Notes: generated by a model from the letters alone, not told the origin. A stretch of DNA of 64,000 bases from Nitrospinales bacterium (GCA_965223795.1 CBDCXL010000002.1:2272001-2336000), one strand, 5' to 3'. Shown: positions 1 through 11,928, numbered from the stretch's first letter. Numbers and translations are program-made.

Positions 1-135
1 ACTTTATGGGGAATTCCGTGAGCCGCTAGTCCGTCGAATCACCTCCTGTTCCTGTGTATTTTTTTGTTTTTGTAAAAAAAGATTCCGGTACTTTTTAAAG
101 CGAATATGCGAACTTGCTTCGCTGCCCAAAGGGCT

Positions 136-1983
136 TCATCGACTTTTCAAATCGTAGGTGAAAATGGTGCTCCGGTGTTTGCCAAACACCCCTTCCTTCA
201 CGACGGTTGCCACATGAACTTTCTTGTCCGGAGTTCCCCGCATGTTCATCACTTGGTAGGCTGCGAGGTATCCCTTTTGTTTTTTGGTCTCGAAAGCTTT
301 TTCAAGACCTTCCGCCGTGACCTGCAAAACCACGATGCTGCTGTTCTCGATTACGACAGCTCTAGCGAGCCATTCCCCGCCCAATCGATGATTTTTCGGC
401 AAGAGAAGGTACTGTTTTTCTCCCGCCTGGACGAACTCCAATCTTCCTTTAAATTGAACGGGTTCGCCCTGTGTTACGACCCCTGCGACGTCTTCGGTCA
501 CACCCACGTCGATCTGCCTGGGATCATGGCCGTAATAATCATTTGATTTTACTAGCAATCGGCCGCTTGCAGAATATACCCGCAAATGGTAGTCAGTGTC
601 AAGGAGAATTGTGTCCGTATGGCCGTCCCCGGTCACATCGGTTTGCGTCAGTCCGTAAAGGATGAACTCGGTGCCGCGGATGTCGGGAACGGCGAGTTCC
701 CGGCCTTCCTGGTAGGCATTGTTTTTAAACTCGATCCATCTTATCGGCCCATGAAAAGGATCGCGGAAACCCGGGCTCTGCGCCATGAGCCGCGGGCCGG
801 AATCCGGGGGCCGGATGATGCGGAAATAAAAATTGACGTCCTTCCAGATTTTTTTCGGTTTTTTGCTGCCGGGAATGAATTCAAGCACAAAGGACTCGAG
901 CCTACTGTCCATCTGGTTTGTGACGAAGATCTCATCCCTGCCGTTGCCGTTGATGTCCCCAACGTCCACCGTGAGAAACCAGTTGATGCCCTCGCGGGTT
1001 TTTATCTGGCCGATGCGCTTCAACGCGTTGTTTCTATATTGAAAGAGCAGTATCCGGTGGCGGTCGATGACGATCACTTCCTCTTCACCGTCGCCGTTGA
1101 CGTCGCCGACGTCCAGATCGACGACTTCGAATGGCAATTCATGCCGCCCGGCATAGGTGAGCATTCCTTCCGATGACGCAAAATCGGATTGCACGTCCTG
1201 TTCCCGCGGTTGTTTTTCAGCGACCTGGGGGGCGCTCTTCGGCAGCGGGCCGGTGAGCACGCGGCCGCGCTTCTGCAGCGTTCCGTCCTTTGCGGATACC
1301 AGCCGGTAGCTGAGCGCCGATTTCCCTTTCACCGAACGGATTCGGGGAAGCAGGATGAAGTCGGCCTTCACTTTGGAACGCAGGCGCTGCAGTCCGTCCT
1401 TCTTCACAAGCGACTCCGCGCCGATGCCGTTTTCCAGCATCCACAATTCCAGATCGAAGGCGGGCACTTCAAAGCGGGGATGCTTTTTAAAACGCTGTTC
1501 CAGGTTCCATTTCAACCGGTCTGCGCTTTGTTTTTTTTCCGCTTCGGCCTGCGGCGGGGCGATGAGCAGAACGATTTTCCGGAAGCGGCCGCGCACGCCG
1601 TCGCCCGGCCGCACGGCGCCTTTCAACTCGACAGCGCGCGCCAGCGAAAAATCCTTGCGCACATCGATGATCTCGGCGGCGCCGAGATCGGTTTCCTTAC
1701 GGCCGACTTTTTTTTTCGTGACCGGATGGACGATGTCATCTCCAAAACGGAGCAGATTCAATTTGTCGCCGACCTGGATGGGATCTCCCTGTTTGAGATC
1801 CAGGGTGAGGGTCTTGTTCTCGACCGAAATGACATACCCTTCCACTTCAGGAACCAGGTCGTCGATCTGGGCGACGATTTTATCCAGGCTGGATACGGAG
1901 CCGCCCTGCTGGGCAGAGGCGGCTGCACCGGTGAAGAGAACAAGGAAAAACGGGATGAGCAACTTCGGTCGCAATGTCACCAA
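136..1983 (-). CDS. Secreted FG-GAP/VCBS-repeat (beta-propeller) protein
   Basis: Signal peptide; repeated DVGDVNGDG / DVGDINGNG / DVTGDG motifs; starts 11 nt after the moeA stop. Confidence 0.8.
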   Translation of the reverse strand: MVTLRPKLLIPFFLVLFTGAAASAQQGGSVSSLDKIVAQIDDLVPEVEGYVISVENKTLTLDLKQGDPIQVGDKLNLLRFGDDIVHPVTKKKVGRKETDLGAAEIIDVRKDFSLARAVELKGAVRPGDGVRGRFRKIVLLIAPPQAEAEKKQSADRLKWNLEQRFKKHPRFEVPAFDLELWMLENGIGAESLVKKDGLQRLRSKVKADFILLPRIRSVKGKSALSYRLVSAKDGTLQKRGRVLTGPLPKSAPQVAEKQPREQDVQSDFASSEGMLTYAGRHELPFEVVDLDVGDVNGDGEEEVIVIDRHRILLFQYRNNALKRIGQIKTREGINWFLTVDVGDINGNGRDEIFVTNQMDSRLESFVLEFIPGSKKPKKIWKDVNFYFRIIRPPDSGPRLMAQSPGFRDPFHGPIRWIEFKNNAYQEGRELAVPDIRGTEFILYGLTQTDVTGDGHTDTILLDTDYHLRVYSASGRLLVKSNDYYGHDPRQIDVGVTEDVAGVVTQGEPVQFKGRLEFVQAGEKQYLLLPKNHRLGGEWLARAVVIENSSIVVLQVTAEGLEKAFETKKQKGYLAAYQVMNMRGTPDKKVHVATVVKEGVFGKHRSTIFTYDLKSR

Positions 1984-1994
1984 AGGCGGGTTTC

Positions 1995-3207
1995 CTATCT
2001 TAGCAGTTGGACGGTCACGGTCGTTCCTTCTTCAAGGGTATCGGCTTCGAGCGGAAAAACCAAAAGTCCGTTGGCGTGCACGGTGGATTTCAGAATGCCG
2101 GAGCCCTGTTCCGCGGCGGGCGTGACGTGGTAGCCGTTTTCATCCCAGGAAACGATCGAACTTAAAAAATGCAGCCGTCCCGATTTTTTGTGAATCGTGC
2201 GCTTCAGCCGGGCGCGCACCGTTTGCGGAAACAAATCGGAGCAGCCGAGCATTTTGCGGATGGAAGGCCGCACGAACTGTTCGAACGAAACAAATGAAGA
2301 CACCGGGTTTCCCGGCAGCCCGAAAATGGGCGTTTCGCCGATGCGGCCGAACGCGAGCGGCTTGCCGGGCTTCATCGCCACTTTCCAGAACAGCATTTCC
2401 TGTCCCAGTTTTTTCAGGCTCGCTTTGACGAGATCGTAATCGCCGACGGACACGCCGCCGGAGGAGACGACGCAGTCGCATTCGAGCGCCCAGTTGAATT
2501 TTTCCAGAAGATCCGCTTCGGTGTCCTTGGCGATGCCCAGGTATACGGGCAGGCCGCCGGCGGAACGGATCTGCGCGGACAGCATGTGGCCGTTGCTGTT
2601 GTAGATGCAGGGGCCGGTCGCGGTTTCGTCGAGTTCGAGAATTTCATCGCCGGTGGACAGGATCGCGATGCGCGGCCGCTGGCTGACGTAAATCTGGGAA
2701 CGGCCGACCACCGCCATCATGCCTATTTGGGCGGGTGTGATTTCGACGCCCTTCGGCACCACCGTCTCGCCTTCGCGCACGTCCTCTCCCGCTTCGCGGA
2801 TGTTCTCGCCCACTTCGGCCTTGTCTTTCACCAGCACCGAATCGCCGTTGCGCTCGGTGTCCTCCTGCATGATGACCGCGTCGGCGCCTTCGGGAATCGG
2901 AGCGCCGGTCATGATGCGGAACGCCTGCCCCGGTTTCAGGGTGACGTGGCTCTGGTGGCCGGCGGCGACCTCCTCGGCGACGGTCAGGCGCACCGGGTTT
3001 TCCGGTGAAGCGGTTGGCGATGTCTTTGGCGAGGAGCGCATAGCCGTCCATGGCCGAGTTGTCGAGCGGCGGGTTGTTGCGCCGGGCCACGATGTCTTCC
3101 GCCAGCACCCGGCCCAGCGCCTCCTCGACGGGAATTTTTTCGACACCCTTGGGTTTTATCTTCGCGAGGATGGTTTTGCGCGCTTCCTCGACGGTGATCA
3201 TGCTCAT
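1995..3207 (-). pseudogene. moeA: Molybdopterin molybdotransferase MoeA, split by a +1 frameshift near 3012 (possibly a sequencing error)
   Basis: N-part GRVLAEDIVARRNNPPLDNSAMDGYA is in ORF 2644..3207; the rest (IMTGAPIPEGADAV, STGDE, GGVSVGDYD, KPGKP, GLPGNPVS) is in ORF 1995..3146; removing one base gives ...DIANASPENPV... Confidence 0.9.
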
Positions 3208-4328
3208 GGTGCTTCGCTTTCTTTCTCCCGCTTGGCGCGGGCGACTTCATACTCTTCGGGAGTATTGATGTTCATGAAATTGGAGCGGTCGGCTTCAGCG
3301 ATCTTAACATGTTTGAAGGGCAGGTCGCTGATGATGCGCGTCAGCGACAACTCCCTGCGGGACATGGCTTCATATAAAGGAAGGATGAACTTGGGTTCAT
3401 AAATGGCGCACATCGGTTCGAAGCCGATGCGTCCCTTTTGCAGATAACAGGTGCCGAAGCGCAACGGGTCCCGCTCGGCGATGATGGTCTCGAAATTTTT
3501 TTCCTGAATGAAAGGCATGTCGCAGGCGGTGATCATCCACGCCTTGTCGGGGTGGCGCGCCATGAGCGTGGCCAGTCCGCCCACCGGCCCGAGACCGATG
3601 TGGTTGTCGTTGATCCGTTCGATGCCGGGCAGTTCGGCCAGGGGTCCCATGTCCAGGTCGGAACGCGATGAAAGGTACACGTTTTCGCAGAACCTTCGCA
3701 GCACCTTGACGAGGCGTTCGGTTTCCGAAACGCCGTTGTAGGACAGGGAGAACTTGGGTTTGCCCATGCGTTTGCTCTGTCCGCCGACGAACACGGCGCC
3801 GTACAGGGTGCTGGCCTGGCTTTTGAAATGCCCGCGGACGAATTGATAGATTGCGTCCAGCTCGTCGCGGTGAAAACGGGGTACGGAAAGGCCGGTTTCC
3901 TCCACCGTGCCCTGATGCACGATGGCCTTGATCCCCGGCGTGTCCGTGGGGATGGGCATTTTGCCGTCCGCATCCACAAACACCACCTTGTCGAACGGCG
4001 ACTGCTTGTAGCCTTCGATGAGGATGCAGTCGCACTGTTCGAGGGCGTGGGTGATGGTGCGTTTTTTGAAAGTGTTGTCGCCGACGATGGCGAAGTGGCT
4101 GGGATCGTTGATGGTGATGATGCCCGCACCGGCTTTTTGCGCCCGTTGCGTGTCTTTGCCTTCCTTGTCCATGGTGAAGCGGTGGGCGTCGTGCTTGTAG
4201 TACCCCACGCGAAAGCGTTCCTCGCTGAAACGCCCGATCAGCCGTTCCATCAGGGTGGTTTTGCCCACACCGGAGAAGCCGGCAAAGCACAGGAAGGGGG
4301 TCTTGAATTGTTCCCAGTATCGGTCCAT
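3204..4328 (-). CDS. mobB: MobB-MobA fusion (molybdopterin-guanine dinucleotide biosynthesis)
   Basis: N-terminal GFSGVGKTT P-loop, KHDAH and ILIEGYK (MobB); C-terminal GGQSKRMGKPK, GPVGG, ACDMPF, NINTPEE (MobA). Confidence 0.9.
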   Translation of the reverse strand: MDRYWEQFKTPFLCFAGFSGVGKTTLMERLIGRFSEERFRVGYYKHDAHRFTMDKEGKDTQRAQKAGAGIITINDPSHFAIVGDNTFKKRTITHALEQCDCILIEGYKQSPFDKVVFVDADGKMPIPTDTPGIKAIVHQGTVEETGLSVPRFHRDELDAIYQFVRGHFKSQASTLYGAVFVGGQSKRMGKPKFSLSYNGVSETERLVKVLRRFCENVYLSSRSDLDMGPLAELPGIERINDNHIGLGPVGGLATLMARHPDKAWMITACDMPFIQEKNFETIIAERDPLRFGTCYLQKGRIGFEPMCAIYEPKFILPLYEAMSRRELSLTRIISDLPFKHVKIAEADRSNFMNINTPEEYEVARAKREKESEAP

Positions 4329-4431
4329 GCGGCGATAAGGTTGCCAGTCACGCTCCGCCCGGCGGTGCGATGAGCGTTTTGGGCTGGAAGATCAAAGCCT
4401 TGTAAATGTTTAAAAAATGGTGGCTTAGGTT

Positions 4432-4460
4432 ATTATTGATGATCTTTTGAGCACTGTCAA
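4432..4460 (-). promoter_or_regulatory. sigma70 promoter for mobBA-moeA
   Basis: TTGACA-N17-AATAAT on the minus strand. Confidence 0.6.
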
Positions 4461-4475
4461 CCCTCTTGTTCCGGC

Positions 4476-4499
4476 TGTTGCATGCAGGTTTATGCAATA
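4476..4499. promoter_or_regulatory. Candidate enhancer (UAS) for nirK
   Basis: TGTTGCA-N10-TGCAATA about 100 bp upstream of the sigma54 site; similar site at 7127-7149. Confidence 0.55.
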
Positions 4500-4597
4500 G
4501 CCCGTGCAACGGTGAGCAGGCCGCGGCGATGTGGCTGTTTTTCCGGTTTCATCAATAAACTCATTGGTTTACAGGGCCTGGTGGCGGATCCGGATTC

Positions 4598-4612
4598 TGG
4601 TACGAAACTTGT
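4598..4612 (+). promoter_or_regulatory. sigma54 (-24/-12) promoter of nirK
   Basis: TGGTAC-GAAAC-TTGT versus consensus TGGCAC-N5-TTGC. Confidence 0.65.
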
Positions 4613-4666
4613 AATACTATTATCAATAGCGTACGAGTGACAACCCGCTCTTAAAGGAGATCTTTG

Positions 4667-5665
4667 ATGACACGAAATGGAATTGGTAAATGGATGGGCC
4701 TGGCAACCGCGGCGCTGGTGTTTTCTGCGGCAGCTCAGCTCAATGCAGCGGAAAATGCGGTGTTGACGACGGCGCCGAAGGTGCCGGACCCGATCAAGCG
4801 AACCTCTCCCGCCAAAGTGGTGGTTAAATTTGAAGCCAAGGAATACGTGGGTGAACTGGCGGATGGCAAACAATACAAGTTCTGGAGTTTCAACGGCACG
4901 GTGCCCGGCCCGATGGTGCGGGTGCGGCAGGGCGACACGGTGGAGTTTCACCTGTCCAATCACAAGGACAGCCAGTTTCCGCACAACATCGACATCCATG
5001 CGGTCAACGGACCGGGCGGCGGCGCGGAAGTGAACCTGGTGGCACCGGGCGAGACGCGGGTGTTCGAGTTCAAGGCGCTCAATCCGGGGCTCTACATCTA
5101 CCACTGCGCCTCACCCGCGCCCAACATCCCCGCGCACATCGCCAACGGCATGTACGGGCTGATGCTGGTGGAGCCGGAAAAGGGCATGGCCAAGGTGGAC
5201 AAGGAGTTTTACGTGTTCGAAAGCGAATTTTTCACGCAGCCGTCGGATAAAAAAGACGTGCTGGAGCTTTCGATGGAAAAGGGATTGAACGAGCACCCCG
5301 ACTACGTGTTGTTCAACGGCAAAGAAGGGGCGCTGATGGGCGACAACGTGCTCAAAGCCGATGTCGGCGACACGGTGCGTATCTACTTCGGCAACATCGG
5401 CCCCAACGGCATCTCTTCGTTTCACATCATCGGCGAGATCTTCGACCGGGTGCACGAAGAAGGGTCTTTAGAAGGCACGGTGAACCGCAACGTGCAGACC
5501 ACGCTGGTTCCCTCTGCGGGATCGACCATCGTCGAGTTCACCATCGACGTGCCGGGGAATTACATCCTGGTGGACCACAGCATCTTCCGTGTGGCCAAAG
5601 GCGCGATCGGCATCCTTGCCGCCGAGGGCAAGGAAAACCCGAAGGTGTTCCGGTCGGTCAAGTGA
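4667..5665 (+). CDS. nirK: Copper-containing nitrite reductase
   Basis: Signal peptide; PHNIDIHAV, YIYHCA..HIANGMYG, SSFHIIGEIFD, LVDHS copper-ligand motifs; AAGGAG RBS. Confidence 0.95.
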   Translation: MTRNGIGKWMGLATAALVFSAAAQLNAAENAVLTTAPKVPDPIKRTSPAKVVVKFEAKEYVGELADGKQYKFWSFNGTVPGPMVRVRQGDTVEFHLSNHKDSQFPHNIDIHAVNGPGGGAEVNLVAPGETRVFEFKALNPGLYIYHCASPAPNIPAHIANGMYGLMLVEPEKGMAKVDKEFYVFESEFFTQPSDKKDVLELSMEKGLNEHPDYVLFNGKEGALMGDNVLKADVGDTVRIYFGNIGPNGISSFHIIGEIFDRVHEEGSLEGTVNRNVQTTLVPSAGSTIVEFTIDVPGNYILVDHSIFRVAKGAIGILAAEGKENPKVFRSVK

Positions 5666-5686
5666 CCGGATGCGTTTGCTAACGCT

Positions 5687-5729
5687 GAAAAAGGAGCGCG
5701 GCTGTTTCTATGGAGATGGCCGCGCTTCG
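5687..5729. terminator. Hairpin between convergent nirK and regulator
   Basis: ggagcgcggctgtttc/gagatggccgcgcttc stem with adjacent A tract. Confidence 0.5.
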
Positions 5730-5730
5730 C

Positions 5731-7023
<1,293 letters not shown>

Positions 7024-7126
7024 GTAAGGGGCGTTGCCGGTCTTCACCGCTGTTCTCCTGCAATGTGAGTGGAAGTATCTTATACAAAAATAAGGAACAG
7101 ACCTTGTTGTAGGGTAAACCAGCAAC

Positions 7127-7149
7127 TGTTGCAACAGGTATTTGCAACA
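7127..7149. promoter_or_regulatory. Palindromic operator upstream of the sigma54 activator
   Basis: TGTTGCA-N9-TGCAACA. Confidence 0.55.
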
Positions 7150-7376
7150 AAAGTCCCGCTCGGCGCGTTTTTGACAAAACCAATGGAAATTGAAGGGTTT
7201 CTTGTATTGAACCTTTGCGTTCAGTACAATCGGAGGACGGAACCAGGAAGACGCGGCCTGAAAGGACGGGCCGGCGTCGGCTTTCTTGCTGAAAACGGCC
7301 TCCAGACCGGGACGAGGAAGCCGGTTCCGGTGGATCATCCGCAAACCCCGATTCTCTCCCCATTCTGCCGTCTTAT

Positions 7377-9539
7377 ATGAAGACAGACCAGCCCTCTAGA
7401 CGATTCCTCTGGGTTCCTGTTTTGCTGATTCCCGTGGTGTTCGCGGTGTACCGGGGCGCGCTGGAAAACCAGTTCGTCAACTGGGACGATCACGAATACG
7501 TCTACGAGAATCCCATGATCCGGTCTCTGTCCGGGCAACACCTCTGGGCGATGCTGACGGAATTTCGCGCCGGCAACTGGCACCCGCTCACCTGGCTGTC
7601 GCACGCTGTGGATCAACAGGGATTCGGACTCAATCCCTGGGGACACCATTTGACCAATATCCTGCTGCACGCGGTCAACGCCTGCCTGGTGTTTTTTCTG
7701 TTTCTCACACTTTTGCGGTGCGCTGCGGCAACGCCGTCCGCGGCGGCGGCGCGGGTGGTGGGGGGCATGGCGGCGGCGCTCTTTTTCGCGCTGCATCCGT
7801 TGCGGGTGGAGTCGGTGGCGTGGGTTTCGGAGCGCAAGGATCTCTTGTGCGCGCTGTTTTTTCTTTCGGCGCTGCTGTTTTATCTCAAGCACCGCTCGGC
7901 CGAACGGCTTTCGGCATCGCGGCGGCATTATTTTGCGGCGCTGTTTTGTTTCGCACTGGCGCTGATGTCCAAGCCGATGGCGGTCACGCTGCCGGTGGTG
8001 CTTCTGCTTCTGGATGTGTGGCCGCTGTCGCGCATCGCGGACGGTGAACCGGTGCGGCGCGTGCTTGCGGAGAAGATGCCTTTTTTCATCCTGAGCGGCG
8101 TGTCCGCGGTGCTGACGGTGCTGGCGCAGCGGGCGGGAGAGGCGGTGCGCACGCTGGAGGAATTCTCTTTTTGGGAGCGGTTGCAGAACGCCCTGGTGAG
8201 CCTTTCGTTTTATCTGGAGCAGACGTTGTGGCCGGTGCGGCTGGTGCCGTTTTACCCGTTCGAACGGGATCTTTCCACGCAGCGTGTGCTCGGCGCGCTG
8301 GCCGTGGTGGCGGCCGTCAGCGCGGTCTGCGTTTTTCTGTGGCGCCGGGGGCACAAAATCGCAGGCGTGGCCTGGGCCTATTATCTGGTGACGCTGTCTC
8401 CGGTGCTGGGCATCGTGCAGGTGGGCGGGCAGGCGGCGGCGGACCGCTACACCTATCTTCCGGGTCTGAGCCTTTGCCTGCTGCTGGGCGCGGGCGCGGC
8501 CTGGCTGTGGCAGTTCAGGCCCGCGCCGTGGTTTAAAAATCCGTTCAAGGCGGGGACGCTTGCGTCCGGTGCGGTGGTGCTTGTGTTCTTGAGCGTCCTG
8601 ACCCAAAAACAGATTCCGGTGTGGAAGAACGGCGAGACATTATGGAGTGCGGTCATCGCGGCATTTCCCAAGAAAGCGGCGCTCGCGCACATCAACCTGG
8701 GGACGCATTATCTGTCCGAGGAAAAACTCGACGAAGCGGAAGCGGAGTTTCAAACGGTGATCCAGAGCCACCCCAGGCTTGCCGGCGCTTACCAGAATCT
8801 GGGACTGGTCTACATCAAGCAGGGGCGGCTGGAAGAAGCGCGCCAGGCCTATGAGGCGGCGCTCGATCTCGATCCCGGCCTGCCAAATGCGCACATTCAA
8901 CTGGGTTCCCTGTATTTGAAAGCGGGGCGGCTGGATCTGGCCGAAGAGGAACTGCTCGCCGTCGTGAAAGCCGATCCGCAATCGTCGGAGGCGCACCATC
9001 AACTGGGTGTGGTGTATTTCAACAGCAACCGGGCTGCCGATGCGGAACAGGCGTACCAGAAGGCGCTCGAACTCGACCCGGACAACCTGGACGCGCGCAA
9101 CAACCTCGGCGTTCTGTATTACGAAACGCGCCGGCTCGACCTTGCGGAAACGGAATTCAAGCAGGTCATCCGCAAGGATCCGGGCAATCAGGAAGCGCGC
9201 AACAATCTCGGCGTGTTGTATTACGATGCGAAACGCTACGATGAAGCGGAGCAGCAACTCAAGGAGGTGCTGCGCGTCGCGCCGGACCGCGCCGACACGC
9301 ATTTTTATCTGGGCATCGTGTTTCTGATTCAGGACCGCAGCGAGGAGGCGTCGCAGGCCCTGCTGCGATCTCTGGAAGAAAACCCCGAAAACGCGGAAGC
9401 GCATCATTATCTCGGAATCGTCTATGGCAAGCGGGGGCTTTTGGACAAGGCGGAAAAGGAGTTCGAAGCCGCCCTCAAAGTCGATCCCGATCACGCCACG
9501 GCGCGGGCCAACCTGGAAAAGATCCGGGCGATCCGGTGA
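7377..9539 (+). CDS. TMTC-like GT-C membrane glycosyltransferase with C-terminal TPRs
   Basis: FVNWDD, WHPLTWLSH, HPLRVESVAWVSERKD, ADRYTYLP; about 8 TPR units. Confidence 0.85.
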   Translation: MKTDQPSRRFLWVPVLLIPVVFAVYRGALENQFVNWDDHEYVYENPMIRSLSGQHLWAMLTEFRAGNWHPLTWLSHAVDQQGFGLNPWGHHLTNILLHAVNACLVFFLFLTLLRCAAATPSAAAARVVGGMAAALFFALHPLRVESVAWVSERKDLLCALFFLSALLFYLKHRSAERLSASRRHYFAALFCFALALMSKPMAVTLPVVLLLLDVWPLSRIADGEPVRRVLAEKMPFFILSGVSAVLTVLAQRAGEAVRTLEEFSFWERLQNALVSLSFYLEQTLWPVRLVPFYPFERDLSTQRVLGALAVVAAVSAVCVFLWRRGHKIAGVAWAYYLVTLSPVLGIVQVGGQAAADRYTYLPGLSLCLLLGAGAAWLWQFRPAPWFKNPFKAGTLASGAVVLVFLSVLTQKQIPVWKNGETLWSAVIAAFPKKAALAHINLGTHYLSEEKLDEAEAEFQTVIQSHPRLAGAYQNLGLVYIKQGRLEEARQAYEAALDLDPGLPNAHIQLGSLYLKAGRLDLAEEELLAVVKADPQSSEAHHQLGVVYFNSNRAADAEQAYQKALELDPDNLDARNNLGVLYYETRRLDLAETEFKQVIRKDPGNQEARNNLGVLYYDAKRYDEAEQQLKEVLRVAPDRADTHFYLGIVFLIQDRSEEASQALLRSLEENPENAEAHHYLGIVYGKRGLLDKAEKEFEAALKVDPDHATARANLEKIRAIR

Positions 9540-9606
9540 CCGTGTTTTTCGGCCGTCTCTTGAAAGCGGCGCGTTCTCAGACCGTGCATCCCGTGTAAAG
9601 CCTGAT

Positions 9607-9635
9607 TTGACAATCGATTTTCGATTTTCTAGAAT
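9607..9635 (+). promoter_or_regulatory. sigma70 promoter
   Basis: TTGACA-N17-TAGAAT. Confidence 0.65.
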
Positions 9636-9748
9636 GATTCATTCCGAAGAAACGGACCCTGGAGGACCCCGGTTTTCATCCGGGGGACGCGAACGGCGCG
9701 TCCGCATGCCTTCCTGAAAATACAACCATTCATTGATCTGGAGGAAAC

Positions 9749-10303
9749 ATGAACGTTTTATTGCGAGGAACCGCCGCGATGGTGGTGGCTGTGTTTTTGG
9801 GGTGGGGGACGGTCCAGGCCGAGGAAGTCGCCGTGATCGAAACCAGCATGGGAACCATTGAGTTCAAGTTTTTGCCGGACAAGGCGCCCGGTCACGTGAA
9901 AAATTTCAAGCAGCTGGCCAAAAACGGCTTTTACGACGGCACCACCTTTCACCGGGTGATCCCCGGTTTCATGATCCAGGGCGGCGACCCCAACTCCAAG
10001 CTGGATGACCGGAAAAAGCACGGCATGGGCGGCCCCGGCTACACGATCAAGGCGGAGTTCAACGACACGCCGCACACGCGCGGAATCGTTTCGATGGCGC
10101 GCTCGCGGGATCCGGACAGCGCCGGGTCGCAGTTTTTCATCGTGGTGAAGGATGCGAATTTTCTCGACGGGCAGTACACTGCGTTCGGGCAGGTCACCGA
10201 GGGCATGGATGTGGCGGATAAAATCGTCAGCGCGCCGCGCGACAGCAGGGACAACCCGATCGACAAGGTCGAGATGAAAAAGGTCACCATCAAGGATAAA
10301 TGA
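9749..10303 (+). CDS. Cyclophilin-type PPIase, exported
   Basis: Signal peptide; FHRVIPGFMIQGGDP, SAGSQFFI. Confidence 0.93.
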   Translation: MNVLLRGTAAMVVAVFLGWGTVQAEEVAVIETSMGTIEFKFLPDKAPGHVKNFKQLAKNGFYDGTTFHRVIPGFMIQGGDPNSKLDDRKKHGMGGPGYTIKAEFNDTPHTRGIVSMARSRDPDSAGSQFFIVVKDANFLDGQYTAFGQVTEGMDVADKIVSAPRDSRDNPIDKVEMKKVTIKDK

Positions 10304-10397
10304 CCGTTTCGTTTACGGGGAACGGACCGCGGGCTTCGATCCCGCAATCCGGTCCGGGACCGGGCGTTCTTAATCAATTCACCAGGAGGTTGCTTTC

Positions 10398-10898
10398 ATG
10401 TCGGATGCAGCAGGCGAGATCGCCGTCATCAATACCACTTTAGGGACGATCAAACTCGAATTTTTCGAGGACAAGGCGCCCGGACACGTGCAAAACTTCA
10501 AGGACCTGGCCCGCAAGGGATTTTACAACGGCACCACTTTTCACCGGGTGATTCCGGGATTCATGATCCAGGGCGGCGACCCCAATTCCAAAGGCGGCAA
10601 CAAGTCCACCCACGGCACCGGAGGACCCGGCTACACGATCAAGGCGGAGTTCAACGACACGCCGCACAAACGCGGCGTGCTTTCGATGGCGCGGGCGCAG
10701 GACCCGGATAGCGCCGGGTCGCAGTTTTTCATCGTGGTGAAGGATTCGAATTTTCTCGACGGGCAGTACACGGCGTTCGGGCAGGTCACCGAGGGCATGG
10801 ACGTCGCCGATGCGATCGTCAATTCACCCCGGGATGCGAACGACAACCCGAACGAACGCGTCGAGATGAAAGAGGTGCGGATCGAAAACGCCGGATGA
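10398..10898 (+). CDS. Cyclophilin-type PPIase, cytoplasmic
   Basis: Same motifs, no signal peptide; GGAGG RBS. Confidence 0.93.
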   Translation: MSDAAGEIAVINTTLGTIKLEFFEDKAPGHVQNFKDLARKGFYNGTTFHRVIPGFMIQGGDPNSKGGNKSTHGTGGPGYTIKAEFNDTPHKRGVLSMARAQDPDSAGSQFFIVVKDSNFLDGQYTAFGQVTEGMDVADAIVNSPRDANDNPNERVEMKEVRIENAG

Positions 10899-10940
10899 GG
10901 GACCCTCACACTAGAACAGAACGGGACTTTTGCTGAAACG

Positions 10941-11300
10941 ATGGAAACAAATTTCGATATCCATGTTTACGAAATCATGAAGACCTCCACGCCCGCCGGC
11001 AGGCACGAGGAAGACGGGGAGCCGGCCGGCGACACCATCCGCAAGCTGATTCTGGACAACTGGGAGACCCACGAAAAGATCAACATCTATTTTGAGGGCA
11101 TCGCCAAGATGACGCGGCCTTTCATCGATGAAGCGTTCGCCAAGGTACTGGAAACCCGCACTCTGGATGAGTTCAATTCCCGGCTTCACTTTCCCGATGC
11201 CAGCGATCAGATCGTGAAGGCGCTCAACGAAGCGGTCAAGCTTCGGCTCAAGATCATCAAGGCCGCCAAAGAGCGCGAGGAAATGGAAGGCGGGATGTGA
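10941..11300 (+). CDS. STAS-like (DUF4325-type) protein
   Basis: IYFEGIAKMTRPFIDEAFAK pattern. Confidence 0.65.
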   Translation: METNFDIHVYEIMKTSTPAGRHEEDGEPAGDTIRKLILDNWETHEKINIYFEGIAKMTRPFIDEAFAKVLETRTLDEFNSRLHFPDASDQIVKALNEAVKLRLKIIKAAKEREEMEGGM

Positions 11301-11328
11301 ATCCGGCAGCGCCGCAAAGGCTCTGCAA

Positions 11329-11928
11329 TTATTTTAGCGGAGTCTCGGCGACTTCGGCGATGAACGCTTCGGCGAACGCCGGCACCGCGGCGGGGCCCTT
11401 GCCGGTGATAACGCGTTCGTAGTTGGTCACGTCATCGGTGGACATCAGGGCTTTCATTTCCTCAAGGGCTTTTTTGGTGTGTTTGTCGTCCGCGACGGCG
11501 ACCTCCCGGTCGTCCATCAGCCCCGCGTTGGAGAGACAGGGAACCGCCGAGCCCACCGCGCCGATCACCATGTTGCTGCGGTGGCGGTCCGCGATCAACA
11601 GGCGGACCAGCTCGTCCTTCCAGAGATGCGAGCGCGCTCCCTTGCCGCCGACCAGGATCACTCCGTGAAACACCCCTTTGACCTGCCGCGTGCCGCGGCC
11701 GCCGGCCACATAGCTGTCTCCGATGATGCCCTCGATGGCGTCGACGATGAGGAAATTCGGCATCTGGCGTCCGGTCTTCATGCCCACCGCCTCTTTCATT
11801 TTAGCGGACGCGATGTACGTCTCCGCTTCCTCCTTTTTCATCGCTTCGATCAAGGGATCGAGGATGTCCTCGTCGTAATAATCTTTGGGGATGATGAAGA
11901 GGATGTTCTTTCCGGTCAAACGCGCCAT
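11329..11928 (-). CDS. DJ-1/PfpI family protein (nucleophile Cys not evident)
   Basis: GKNILFII, LVGGKGA, IGAVGSAV, VITGKGP. Confidence 0.8.
   Translation of the reverse strand: MARLTGKNILFIIPKDYYDEDILDPLIEAMKKEEAETYIASAKMKEAVGMKTGRQMPNFLIVDAIEGIIGDSYVAGGRGTRQVKGVFHGVILVGGKGARSHLWKDELVRLLIADRHRSNMVIGAVGSAVPCLSNAGLMDDREVAVADDKHTKKALEEMKALMSTDDVTNYERVITGKGPAAVPAFAEAFIAEVAETPLK

Noticed and set aside
4447..4460. FNR/DNR box TTGAgcactgTCAA
   Set aside because: Two core mismatches, and the right half is explained by the -35 of the mobBA promoter
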